Assembly (NCBI RefSeq): GCF_028641065.1
Contig: NC_073386.1
Span: 22,630,001 to 22,694,000, forward strand
Length of the DNA: 64,000 bases
DNA from: Leucoraja erinacea
Taxonomy: Eukaryota
Reading direction: 5' to 3'
Part shown: in pieces, positions 38,581 to 50,960 of the stretch
Layout of the letters: every line of letters starts with the position of its first letter
Numbering within the stretch: the first letter of the stretch is position 1
Made by a program: the position numbers and the translations under genes
The notes under the pieces: model-generated
What the model saw: only the letters and a program-made list of their open reading frames with translations
What the model was told of the DNA's origin: nothing
The model's database searches: none

Positions 38581-38995
38581 CGCAAAGTAGGACAAAATCA
38601 CATGTAAATAATTTTAATGCAACAGAACAATTTGATATAAAACCTATTATAACATTGAGGTGGAACCACTGTAGACCGCAAGTAAATGAGATAGTGCAAA
38701 TTCACCACACATAAAATAATGCAAGGACTGTGAAATTAAAACAGGAATTACTGGTAACCCTCAGCAGGGCAAGACTAACATTTGAGGTGAATAACTTCAT
38801 CAAAACACATCAAAAGATGGGTAGCAGAGTTTTGGATGGGTACAACTTCAATCTGGAATGAAGACACATGGTTGACCAGGGTAAATTGGAATAAATAAGT
38901 GCACAATGTCTGTCAGAATGTTTTCCAGTCACAACCTCATTAACGTCTGAACAGTGGTCTGTAATCTCCTGCTGCCCTTGTTGAATACAGACAAA

Positions 38996-40219
38996 AGGGC
39001 CTGTCCCACTTAGGCAATTTTTCAGGCAACTGCCGCGACTGTCAAGTCGTAGCAGGTCGCTGAAAAACCGGCGACTGTCAGAGTGGAACACACACACATA
39101 CATCACTTCCTTCTCCAGCCAGTTATGCAGGCGGGGGACAGGGCAAGCAGGGGGAGCGCTGTCTGAGTGAAATTCTCACGGTGCAAAGCCTATGTCAGAC
39201 ACACACCACGATGAACAGGAAGGCAGGAAGGTTGGTGCTGTAATTAAGACGGTGAAAGTACAGTGCACGGGAAGGGTCACTTAAGTCCTTTAAAAGAGAG
39301 GGGGGGACAGGGTGGGTAGAAGGAGTGGGGACAACTTTTACGAAGCCAGAGATACATGGCTGTGAAGCTCGGCGGACATCACCATTACCAGTCGGTTATC
39401 CTTGGTTCTGAAAACTACTATTTACATTTTTTCCCCCCAATGAGCCAATGAAATTCACAAGTCACCAACGGCAACAACCTACGATCTCCTGGCAACCCAC
39501 TATACCTGCACTTAAGTCACGAGAATTCTCACTACTCTCAATGGTGCCAAAATTTTGGGCGTCACTAATTTCTCAAAATGTCGAAAAATTAGCGACGACC
39601 AGAATGCTATTACGACTTGCTGCAAGTTTGAGGGCACTGCTCACGACCATGAAGGCGACTCCCCGGCAACCACCCGCAAACATATGGCGACCGCATAGTC
39701 TGTAGTTGCCCAAAAAGTCGCCTAAACGGGACAGGCCCATTAGGCAATTTTTTTCAGTGCCTGCCGTCGACTGTCAGACGTAGCAGGTCGCTGAAAAAGA
39801 GGTGACTGGACCCCCTCCTACGACAAAGTCTACGACAATCTACCACCTAGTCGACACCAAGCTACCGACAACCGGTGATCCATTAGGATGTCCATCTACG
39901 ACCACACCTACAACAACCTATGACCACACAGGCGACAACCTATGACAACCAAAGTCAACCTACGTCCACCCGCGACAAGCTACAACAAGCAACGACCCTG
40001 TCGGCTACAGCTCAATCGCCGGTACCTGTCGCCGGTTGACGTAGGTTGACATAAGTAGTCGCCAATGGAATTCACCAAAGTTAGCACCCGGCGACAACCA
40101 ATGTCACCTGGCGACAACATACGACAGCACCCAGGACAGGAGAAGACAAGCTACTTCCACAGTTTTGAACTCCAAAATCCAGCGGCTACCAGAAAAATCG
40201 CCTCAGTGAGACAGGGGCT
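38996..40219. mobile_element. Composite of two PIF/Harbinger non-autonomous elements
   Basis: Left TIR AGGGCCTGTCCCACTTAGGC at 38996. An internal right TIR ends at 39739 and is followed directly by TTAGGCAATTT, a left-TIR remnant. The final right TIR GTGAGACAGGGGCT|TAA ends at 40219. Internal ctacgacaa-type tandem repeats are present. Confidence 0.78.
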
Positions 40220-40264
40220 TAAGGCTCATTTTTACAGTTGGAACCTATAACCTATAGAATACTA

Positions 40265-41040
40265 CAGCATACTAGTTTTATAAACATTTACAATCTGGAT
40301 GTAAATTTAGGTGTTATGATTAATAATTTTGGAAAAGGTATGATGGGTGATGTTGATAATGAGGGGAGTAATTATTGGCTGCAGAATGATACTGGTGAGT
40401 TAGCAGAGAAATGGTATATGAAATGTAATCCCCAAAAATGTGTGGTGATGCATTTTGGCAGATCAAACAAGACTAGGATATACACAACGATGGGGTTAAG
40501 AATTTACTGAGGAACAGAAGCCAGCAGTACATATTGATTAGCATGCAGATCTGGTCACCACGCTGTAGAGGATGTGATACTACTGCAGAGGTGTCGTGAA
40601 AATGCACAGGTATTGCCTGGGTTGGAGAGTTTACATTACGAGGAGAAACTGAAGAGGCTAGGTTTGTTTTCCCGAGAGTGGTTGAGACTAAGTGGGGAAA
40701 GGATTGAGTTTGATAAAATTAAATTTGATGGCAGTAACTTTTTCCTCCAAATCTGAGATAGATAGAATGAGAGGACAGATTCAGGGTATGGGGAAGAGAT
40801 TAAGAGGGGATTCCAAGGGGGATCTTTCTTTTCCTGAAAGTTGCAGGTACCTTAAACACATTACCTGGGAGAATGTTGAAACCAGAGCTGCTGACAGCAT
40901 TTAAGAAATGTTTTGAAGAATTAGTTAACATAGCAGGCCATGGACCAAGTGCTGGAAGTTGGGATTAGTATTGATGGATCCCACTGATTGGCACAGATAT
41001 GATGGGCTGAGTGGCCTGTTTCCAAGCTGTATGACTGTGT
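40265..41040 (+). mobile_element. Old CR1 LINE 3' fragment
   Basis: NIYNLDV...AEKWYMKCNPQKCVVMHFGRSN and YEEKLKRLGLFS, then a CR1 tail. Confidence 0.8.
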
Positions 41041-41378
41041 GATTGCAAACACATGCGCAATGCTTTCAATAGCTGATAACTAAGGCAGGATTGGAGGCAT
41101 AAGAGGTTGAATCAGATCGTGTTGATGAGGAGAATAGCTCTGTCCAAAAGTTGCTATCTGGATTAACAGTCTAATACCATAAATAGAAACTACCGTGAGG
41201 GAATGAAGTTACAACTGGGACCAATTCCTAGAGCATTATAATACGATAACTATTTGTTCTTGGGTTTCAACTGAAACTATACTAAGGCTTTCTCAATGCA
41301 ATGAAACAACCTTTTGACCAATCATGCATTTGAAAGAAAACAAGTTTATAATGTCGTAGCTCATGTTTTGTATCAAAC

Positions 41379-41441
41379 CTTAGCTGAAGACTGAGATGTT
41401 GAAAAATTAAGCCAAGCAGGTACAAAGTCATGCTGCGCCAT
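41379..41441 (-). CDS. GPBP1L1: GPBP1L1 coding exon 1: MAQHDFVPAWLNFSTSQSSAK (exon spans 41379-41498, including 57 nt of 5' UTR)
   Basis: The MAQHDFVPAWLNFS N-terminus is diagnostic. Acceptor ttctgcAG|gat at 41498, donor AAG|gtttga. The ten exons sum to 1410 nt, i.e. 469 aa plus stop. Confidence 0.97.
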
Positions 41442-42705
41442 TTAGGTCCAGTGTCTTCCAGTCAACGAAGTGAGGTATGAAACCTCATGGCCAAGATCCT
41501 GCAGAAATGAAATGGATTAAGAAGGGAATGAAATGACAAAATATTTCAAATAACAGACACATTTAATTGTCAAAAATCGATTCATCAAAAGTTATTTATT
41601 TGCCATTACAGTTAACTCGGCGTATAAGCCATCGCACATCATAAATCTTTGACAAAAAAAGTCACGTTGCTACAGCCAATAACAACACAAAAGTAATTCT
41701 GAAAATGTTCACTACATTTGGAAAAAAGTTACATTTGTTACCCTTCATGTAGAGCTTGAGTTCAACAATTAATAAACTGCCTCAACATTATTATATATTA
41801 GAAATTGTCCGCTTTTCATTCCCACGTAAGAACATTTGTTTGGAAGTAGTAACCAGGTCTACCTGAAATTCTCTATACAGGTATTAGAATCATAGAAACG
41901 TACAACACAGAAACAGGAGCTTTTAACTCATCTGCTTGCATTACCTGGTTCCTTCAATTCATTTAGTGTTGAAGTACCTATCTGAAAGTTTTTAAAACAT
42001 TGTCATTGTATCCGCTTGCACTATGTTCTTTGGTAGCTCCTTCCAGATATTCACCACCCGATGTTTTGAAACCTTACCATCAGAACTCCTTTAAATTGCT
42101 CCAGTTTCACCTTAAACCTGTACCCTCCAGTTCTAGATTCCCCATTTTTTTTTTTGCAGTTGACAAACCTCAATAAAACAATAAATAAAATATTTCCCAT
42201 CTTTCACTGCAGCCCTCCTGAGTTATCTATTCATTAACAGTATCTATTATTTTTATAAGAACATTAGATTAGTGAGATAATTTATTTAAGTGATCCAACT
42301 TGCAAACTACTAGTTTCCATTATTAGAATCTTGTACAATGGCAAATTATTGGAGACAGTCATTTCACTGTGAAATACAAGGTACTTTAAAATATCTAACC
42401 ATTTTACAGGCATGCTCCTTCATTCAGCTAATTAAAAGGTTACATTTATAACAGTCAAAAAGATAACCTGGTTTGGTACAGAAATAATTAGTGATATTAC
42501 AATTTTATTGAAGCGTATACGAGTAAAGATATATTTGTGGAGGCACAAACTTCATTAAGATGCTATATTCTGCAAAACAAAAACTAGAAATGTACAGATT
42601 TATTGTGAATCAAAGAACATGCACATTATTTGAAAACTGCAAAATGAGTTTGCTCTCAGAAGTGACCATTTTAGAGTAATACAAGATCATGAAACAACAC
42701 ATTAC

Positions 42706-43537
42706 CTCCAAGCAGAGCTCTTTGGGCCCTCGGCTTTGATGTTTCCAGCACTGAAGCTTCTCGTTTTCGCCGAGGCAGGTTTGCAAATGATGGTAAGAGC
42801 TTGTAGAGCGATTTGGTCACTTAGGACCAGAAGCAGCACTTCGTGCTCGCCTGCACCTCAATCCCACCTCAGCTATTCATTTTATTTTCCCTTTCTCCAA
42901 GCATAAAAATAGCCCCGGGGCCTACCCAGCTATTATTTTTTCAACTGAGAAGAGGAAGAACTTTGCTCACCTCATTAATGTTCTGAATGAAATGTTCCAC
43001 AGAGAAAAAAAGTTTACATTACAAAAAAGGACAAATAAACTGGTTGTCGGCTTATGATTTGATTACAGCATAATTAAAAAAACACGGTGTGTCCAGATTT
43101 TATTTTATGAATGCACCAGATGCTCACATTTACAAATTTAGTCTCATCATTCTTTCGTCTCTTCGCAGTTCCATCATTTTTTATACATAGCTGTTGAAAA
43201 CATGGCAGTTTAGAAAGTCCCTATTCTGATTTGAAAAGCGTATCCTAAAGGATGTCATTCAACAATAATTCTAAATCTAACATCTACCCAAGTACATCCA
43301 AAGATAATGATAAACAAAACTAAATTTTAAAATACTTCAAAAGATTTTTAAAATTGTAGGTCAATTTATTTTTCCCACTTGTCCAGATTAGCTTTCTCTA
43401 TTCATTTATCAGAGCTGACCATGGTAAAACATATAAGCCGAGTTGATATTCCCGTTTCTTTTCATCCTCTGCAGCAAAAATAAATAAAAATGCTTTCCTT
43501 GGCACTTTCAGTAAAGCACTTGCAATTCCAGTAATAC
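42706..43537 (-). other. GPBP1L1: Long (832 nt) non-coding 5' leader exon of GPBP1L1
   Basis: Strong acceptor ttttcttgttttctttgttatAG|gt and donor GAG|gtaatg; free of repeats. Vasculin-family mRNAs, as I recall, have a similar long leader exon before the ATG exon. Confidence 0.7.
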
Positions 43538-44329
43538 CTATAACAAAGAAAACAAGAAAATAACTAAGGTAAAGAATTGTCTTTAGAAAACCGCAAGACA
43601 AATCAACAACATAATTTTTGAAACTCCTTCCAAAAGATCTGAACCGTCAGCAAAACCAATTACATGAAGATAGAATTTTCACCCATCCCTTAAAATTAGC
43701 TGGAATCTTCTGCAATGGAAAACAAAATCTTCTTTCACATTTAAACATTATTCAAAGGAGATGTTTGAAATCCATACAGCTGTAGAACAGACATATAGTA
43801 CTGCACACAAATTTGCTCAAGGTCATTTACGTTATTTGTATTTGAACACTTTATCTGACATTAGTACCCGTCTGATGTAAAGATATAGAATTTTTGAAAC
43901 AACGAGGTTTCATCACTAAAGGATTTAAATATTTGCATGTATTACACCAATGTCTATTTCTACACATATTACACCTATAATTGGCTTAAGTAATATGTTT
44001 TAATAAGGTACACAAAATGAAGCTTGATCTTGTCTTTCAGCACATAATTACCTAGAGATAGGTTCTCAATTATCACCCCTTCATTACAACAGAAAATTAA
44101 ATATCCCTTCCACACATGTTGGAGAAAAACAAACCTTACACAAAACCTAAAACATAATTTATGTTACCACTCAATTTATATCCAAACGTGCTCAGTGTTA
44201 CATCATGGAATATCCACTTTTCAGATAGAAAACTGCCACCATAATTGCTTTGGATTTGCTGATAGTGTTAACTTGCCAATCTCGTCCCCAGCTGTACTTT
44301 CCCCGAGTGGCTCATCAAAGGACAACTTA

Positions 44330-44899
44330 AGGGCCTGTCCCACTTGGCCGTCATTTGCGCACCATTTACGCGACCTGGTAGCGTGTGGATAGCGCGGGAC
44401 GGGCGCATGGAGGAGTGTGGAGTTGCGCGCGGTGTCGAAATCTTCACGCACCACCGGCCTGTTGCCTAAATGACGGCCAAGTGGGGCAGGATGATGTTTC
44501 GATTCGAAAGGGTGACGTTTTGGGTCGATATCCTTCTTCAGACTGAAACATCATCCATTCCTTCTCTCCAGAGATGCTGAGTTACTCCTGCAATTTGTGT
44601 CTATCTTCAATTTAAACCAGCATATGCAGTTCCTTCCCACAGATTAATTTGGTCTGCAGCTTGCTACTTTTCATTCACCTCTTTTTTTGAATAGGGGCAT
44701 CTGCAGTTTTTCCAATTGCTAGCACCACTCAAGAAACGAACTTTTTGTAAAACCACCATTAATATCATAAACTGGGTAAATGTCATAAACTGTGTATTAA
44801 AATGACGTCATGCACCCCAGACGGCTGTGCGGACGCATGATGACGCGCGCGACTGTCGCGCGTAAGTCACGTAAATGACGGCCAAGTGGGACAGGACCT
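44330..44899. mobile_element. PIF/Harbinger MITE pieces with one left TIR and two right TIRs, plus a Penelope-like insert (about 44490-44640)
   Basis: TTA|AGGGCCTGTCCCACTTGGCCGTCATTT at 44330; right ends AAATGACGGCCAAGTGGG at about 44490 and 44899|TTA. Confidence 0.7.
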
Positions 44900-45044
44900 T
44901 TACAGAAAGACACCACCTCTTATCTCAGCAGTGAGGACATACACGAAAGACACTGTCATAGTGTTTAATTCTTGTTCACATGGGTCAGCGGAAGAACCAC
45001 TAATTTGTTCTATATCTCTCTATATCACCATCTATATCTCTCGT

Positions 45045-45140
45045 TTGGAGAAGGGTGTCGACCCGAAACGTCACCGATTCCTTTTCTCCAGAGATGCTGT
45101 CTGACCCGCTCTGTTACTCCAGCTTTTTGCATCTATCTTC
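45045..45140 (+). mobile_element. Penelope-like terminal unit
   Basis: gaagggtgtcgacccGAAAcgtcaccgattccttttctccagagatgctg. Confidence 0.65.
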
Positions 45141-46173
45141 TGAAGAACCTGACAGACAGTTAAGCCAGGCCATATGACTAAAACAAACACAGGGACTGGA
45201 ATCTGGACAACAAATAACCTACTGGAGGAAATCAGTGGGTAAAACAGCATCTGTGGGAACAAAATAAATTGTTGATTTTGTGCCAAACCTTGCATCAGCA
45301 CACACCCCACAGTGTTCGTCTAGCAGACTGTATATTCGATATGACGAAGAGGTTTGTCAAAAAATAATCATTTTTGATGCAGGCAAACTTTCACATGTTC
45401 AAAACTTACAAATATAAAAGACTCCAAAATATATTCATTTTAAAACAACATAGTCTTCAAAACTGCTTTAAAACATTTAAGTCTTCCTTTTTATTAACCA
45501 AAACTAAGATAACCCCTCAGTCGATGGATGTCATCCATTCAATTAAATTGTTCTTACACCAGATTTAACCTGGCTTAAGCTGTTGAAGTGGATTCTTTGC
45601 TCTAAATGGTGGATATATGCTGCTATTTTACATACTGCTATTAGTCTCAATGGTTTCCTAGTAAACACTTATCAACAGATTCAGATCTCACATTGGAATC
45701 CTGAACCTGCTGGAGTTTAGGGGGGTAACAACCAAGTTACAGGCAGAACTCCCAGTATTTGTTCATTAAACATAGGGCAAATTATCCAATGGCAAGCAGT
45801 AACAGAATGACGGATTTGTTGAATGTTGGATTTTTCAGATCATACGCTTCAATTAAATTCTGACAAAAACATCTGCGTGAAGCATCAAGAGAAGCAGGGC
45901 TAAATCTTTCTGACGTTAAATACCCCATCAGATTTTGTTGGAACCTTTTACTTCAAAAAGCTTCATTTTCAGCTAAAATATCATAACATTTCAAAAGAAC
46001 TGCAGTTTTTGACACGCAACCACGATGCCATCTGAGCACGTTACAAGTTCATTCAATGTTAGAATTAACAGCAATTCATCAGAAAGAGGCCAGTGTTTAT
46101 TTTTCAACTTCATTGCCCTCATGCTGAGTTATGATAGGCCATTGGAGAGGGTAGTAAATCTACCGTGAATCTA

Positions 46174-46802
46174 TGGGCGTCCCACTTGGCCGTCATTTGC
46201 ACCTCATTTATGCGTCACATGTAAAACAGGTTGACGTGTCGTGACGTGCAACGTCGAGCGCAAATCACACGTCAGCACAGCCGTCTGGTGCGCGTGACGT
46301 CATTAGAATACCGTTTCCCTATTCTGCATCATGCCCATCATGGAAGAACTACAGATTTTATTGCTACAGCAACAACAGACGTCTGTTAGGAGCAGCACTC
46401 ATACTTACAGATCAGCCAGGCAGGAGTACAACAAGAAAGGCTAGCACGAAACCCAGAAAGAGATCTGTGTGGACGTGGTTAGAGGTTATATGACGCGTAA
46501 ATGGCGGGCCGACTGCGTATGGGTGGCGTTTACGGACGTTGATACACTGTGACGTAACCATGCGTCACCACGCGATACAGCGTGCAACGCCAATGCGTCA
46601 GCGTGCGTACGCGATACGTCACGCAGGTGGCGCGCGAGGATTTTGTTACACTACGAAATCCTGGAGCGCCCTGCGATACTGCGCGCCACTGCATGCGATT
46701 CCACGCCTCACCATGCGCAATGTGTGCGTCAACCATGCACACCCAACGCGTCGACCTATTTTACATATGACGCGTAAATGACGGCCAAGTGGGACAGGCC
46801 CT
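46174..46802 (+). mobile_element. PIF/Harbinger non-autonomous element, about 630 bp
   Basis: TIRs TGGGC-GTCCCACTTGGCCGTCATTT and AAATGACGGCCAAGTGGGACAGGCCCT; flanks CTA / TTA; CpG-rich subterminal regions. Confidence 0.82.
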
Positions 46803-47764
46803 TTAGTTACCACACAATGAGGTTGGCTGATTCCATTATAAAAGGAAAATTTGTGAACCAGATGATCAAGAAACATGGGAACCTTAACTGATATCAGATT
46901 TTTAATTACATATTTTATTTAACTGAATGAAAATTCTTGTTATTCATGATTAAACCATTGCACCCAGTCGTCACAAATGGTTTAGTATGTAGAACAATAC
47001 AGACAATAACCAGATTACACAAGCATTCCATTTCACTGAACTATTCAGTGCCTGAATTTTGTCAGTCAGAAATGAACAAAAACAATGTATTGGACAGGAT
47101 CATACTAACAGCTGTGACGGGATAGTTAGCAAACGCAAGGAAAGTGGACACAAGCTGGGCACACTATGTGAGTGAACAAGCAAGTCTGCTCAGTGTTCTC
47201 AACTTTGTTTGGCTCAACCCTACCCTGATTGCTGCAGCTCATTTGTATGTACGCGTATTCATAAGTTAGACATTTGTAGCCCAGAGAGGGCTTGTATCAC
47301 TGGACTACCTCTCAGCTGTGGCAATAGTTTAACTGGTACATTCTATTCTAATCTGCCGAGTTACCTCGCCAAAGATTAAATTCAATTTCTTGAAGCTGTG
47401 CTAAAAATGAACAATTATTTTCTAAGATTAGCACTTGCGGATCCCATGGCATGAAGCACACATATGTACTATGTGAAAGTAGCCCAAACAAGTAACTGCT
47501 ACAAATTTTATGGACTGTAAATATTGCACAATTCTTTACATTGAACCTTTTGTCCTAGGCCTCCTCCATTGCCAGAGTGAGCCCAATTGCAAATGGAACA
47601 CTTGGGTACCTTACAACCTAATGGTATGAACATTGAATTCTCACATTTTAGGTAACAAACCTGTAAACAACCCCCTGGATGTGTATCCATTTGGTACACA
47701 TCTGGATGTGTACCCATTTCTCCCCTTCCACCCACATTCCTTTCTCTAGCCTCACATTTTTTCT

Positions 47765-47972
47765 CTGCCACAGAAAGTAGTTGAGGCCAGTTCATTGGCT
47801 ATATTTAAGATGGAGTTAGATGTTGCCCTTGTGGCTAAAGGGATCAGGAGGTATAAAGAGAAGGCAGGTACAGGATACTGAGTTGGATGATTAGCCATGA
47901 TCATATTGAATGGCGTTGCAGGCTCGAAGGGCCGAATTGCCTACTTCTGCACCGATTTTCTATGTTTCTATG
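47765..47972 (+). mobile_element. CR1 3' end
   Basis: ctctgccacagaaagtagttgaggcc...gaagggccgaattgcctact...ttttctatgtttctatg. Confidence 0.8.
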
Positions 47973-48020
47973 TTAAATAGTCCGTATTTTTTCCCCAGGG
48001 TGGAAATGTCCAACACTAGA

Positions 48021-48328
48021 CGGCACGGGGGCGCAGCAGTAGAGTTGCTGCTTTGCAGCACAAGAGACCCTGGTTCGATCCTGACTACGGGTGCTTGTCT
48101 GTATGGAGTTTGTACATTCTCCCCGTGACCTGCGTGGGTTTTCTCCGAGATCTTTGGTTTCCTCACACATTCCAAGGAGGCACAGATTTGTAGGTTAATA
48201 GGCTTGGTATAATTGTAAATTGTCGCTAGTGTGTGCAGGGTAGTGTTAATGTGCTAGGATCGTTGGTCGTTGTGGACTCGCTGGGATGAAGGGCTGGTTT
48301 CCACACTGTATTTCTAAATTAATGTAAG
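48021..48328 (+). mobile_element. tRNA-derived V-SINE (HE1/HER1-like) inserted in a CR1 fragment
   Basis: A-box-like ggcgcagcagtagag, B-box GGTTCGATCC and V-domain tgtatggagtttgtacattctccccgtgacctgcgtgggtt. TSD CTAGA at 48016-48020 and 48329-48333. Confidence 0.85.
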
Positions 48329-50720
48329 CTAGAGGGCATAGCTGTAAGGTGAGATGGGAAATGTATAATGCAGATATGCGTGGCAAGTTTTCTTTTTACA
48401 CAGGTGGTGGTGGGGGCTTGGAAAGTATTGCTAGGGTGGCAGCGGTGGTGAAGGCAGATATGATGGTGTTTAAGAAGCTTTTAGAAAGGCACACGGATTT
48501 GCAGGGAATGGTGGGATATGGATCACTTGCAGGCAGATGAGATCATTTCAGATAGGCATCATATTTGGTACAAACATTGTGGGCTGAAGGGCCCATTCCT
48601 GTTCTGTACTGTTCTGTGCTCTATCATACTATACATAGTGTAAACTGGTCTCTTCTTTGCTATTCATTTACATCTTTTCCTTAAGCTTATGTTAGAATAT
48701 GGAGCTCTTCCTTTGTTAATTAAGTACACATTCAAAATGGCAATAGGTAAATTTGGCCGTTGTGATGTTTCTCGTGCAAGGCATATTGTTTATAGTTCCT
48801 ATTTTATAATTGTATAGCTATTTGCCCAAATAATGATACCCAATGAACTGGTTAAACCACTATCAGCTAACCACATCTCATGATACCTCAGACTTCTGCA
48901 CCTCTTTAATCATTTCAGTGAACCAGGACTCTCCTTGAACCAACAATGAAAGCAATGACTTGCTGAAGGTGGCCCAGAATTACCTCACTTCCAGTCCTCA
49001 GCTTTATCCTGCAGAAGCTAGTCCATGGATGATATTTCCATTAATTTGCCCGTGAAGAAATAGCTGAGTGCAGTTAACTGCTGTTTCTAACTATTACTAA
49101 TATTAGTTTAAACTAAAGTAATTAAAGTAATTGTTTTGACTGTTTAACTTTAATATATCTCATGTTTTTAAATGCAGTTGTAGAGATAATGACCATCATC
49201 TCTATAATGTCCATTGGAGATATTTCAAATATTGGAAACTGTTTTAAATGCTTTGCAGGCAGTAACCTGTCAAAGCTTGCAGGGACCTCCTACGTTCAGG
49301 GCCTCCTGTGTTCCATGGAAGCATTCTCCACATCGCCAATTGAGCCGAGTTTATTTGGCGGCAGGTGGGGAGTGGGAGTGAGGAATGCATTAACGGCAAA
49401 ATATTGTAGGCAACAGTACTTGTGTTTAGTCCAGACACTGGCCTGGGTCCAGTGTAATCCATGTTGCAATATTCCCAGGCTTTACAAGCATGATTATATA
49501 TTTGATTTGCATACTGCTCTTTCATACACTTCTGTCTTTCCACTGACAGCATATTCCCATTCCTGGTTTCTCTCTCAAGATCAATTACATCTTGTGAAAT
49601 CCAACAGCCACCTGTTCATTCTACCAGCTGACCAGCATCCTCAAAAGTTGAACATTTCCCTTCAGCACTCCCCCAAAATACCCATTGGTCCTAAATTTCA
49701 AATTACATTCCTTTTAACCCGACCCAAACCATTGATATATTCCAGCAATAAGTATAGGAAAGAGATCAAGACCTCATGTCATTATATCAGGACAATAACC
49801 TAGCTCTTAATAAAATAATAATAATAATAATAGCTCTTAGTAAGATGAAAGAAGTTGGCTGTGATCTAGGGAACTGGGACGTTGAACACAACTGTGCCCT
49901 TGTCAATTGAGCTGCTGTAGAAATACTCAACTTCATGTTCTAAGGTATCAACAGCCAACCAACCTGGTCTCTTCAGACTGATGCAATGATCAAGGAAGTG
50001 CATTTGCATATTTACTTTCTGAAGCATTTGAGAACATTTGGCATATCCACAAAGATTCAGGAAGCATCTCAATTTGTGTAGCAACTGTTCTGCTCTTGAC
50101 AGCGGTGAACACTGCCAAATCCACCACAAGATTGGCACTTCCTTCCATCCATCTTCACAGTACATTGCAATAGAAAGGCTGGAAGCATTGTCAAGGATGC
50201 CGGCTTGAGGTTAAGGTTTCCTTTTCCCTTCTGAGCAAAGATAGAAGAGCATGAAAGCTCACATCTAAAAGTGTCACAAATGTTTTATTGCTGTGTACTG
50301 ATGCAGAACAATGAAATTCTTACTTGCAGCAGCACAACAGGTTGTAAACACACTATTCAATACATAATATAACAAACAAAAAAAGTTAAATGAATAAAAA
50401 CAATATAATGTAAAAAACAAAACATGGCCCAAAGTCTTTAGCACAAGTAAGGCAGTTCATAGTGTAGCTCGAGTTTGTATTGTTCAATAGCTTGATTGTT
50501 GTTGGGAAGATGCTGTTCCTGAACCCAGATGCTACAGTTTTTGGACTCCTATACCTTCTTCCTGATAGCTGGGAAAAAGCCTCCTGGCAAAACTATTAAG
50601 GGGACTTGGGGATAAAGGGTAGAGATGGGGAGCTTGAAAGAGGGAAAAGATTCAATGAGATTATACAGAAAGAATAAGGAAATGGAATGAAGGGGGCAAG
50701 GAAAAGATGGCATCTATATA

Positions 50721-50960
50721 CAGGGCTCTCACTTAACTTTTTTTCTCCATTTCCAGCCAGGCAACGTAGGCAGCTTTTTAGGTTGCCAAATTACAGTTTA
50801 GGTGGTCATTTAAGACAGCTTGCATGACGCGTGCGATAATGTGCTCGGACGAAGTGCATAGTTACCAGTCGAAATTATGCTCATGGAAGCATTCACGTAT
50901 TATTTCTGCTTCAAATAAAATCACAAGCTAAACATATTCACCAATCAAGGCATCATGACA
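50721..50960 (+). mobile_element. Probable hAT-like DNA transposon left-end fragment
   Basis: Begins CAGGGCTCTCACTTAAC, with a subterminal ggcaac...gttgcc inverted motif; no right end found. Confidence 0.4.

Noticed and set aside
10240-41441. Calling the gene GPBP1 (vasculin)
   Set aside because: MAQHDFVPAWLNFS, RHDSVDSGVSK, HRHWNG, ENPPSAKQP and the adjacency to CCDC17 all fit the paralogue GPBP1L1.
49162-49803. 213-aa plus-strand ORF
   Set aside because: No recognisable motifs, antisense within a GPBP1L1 intron and no splice support; probably chance or an ancient repeat.
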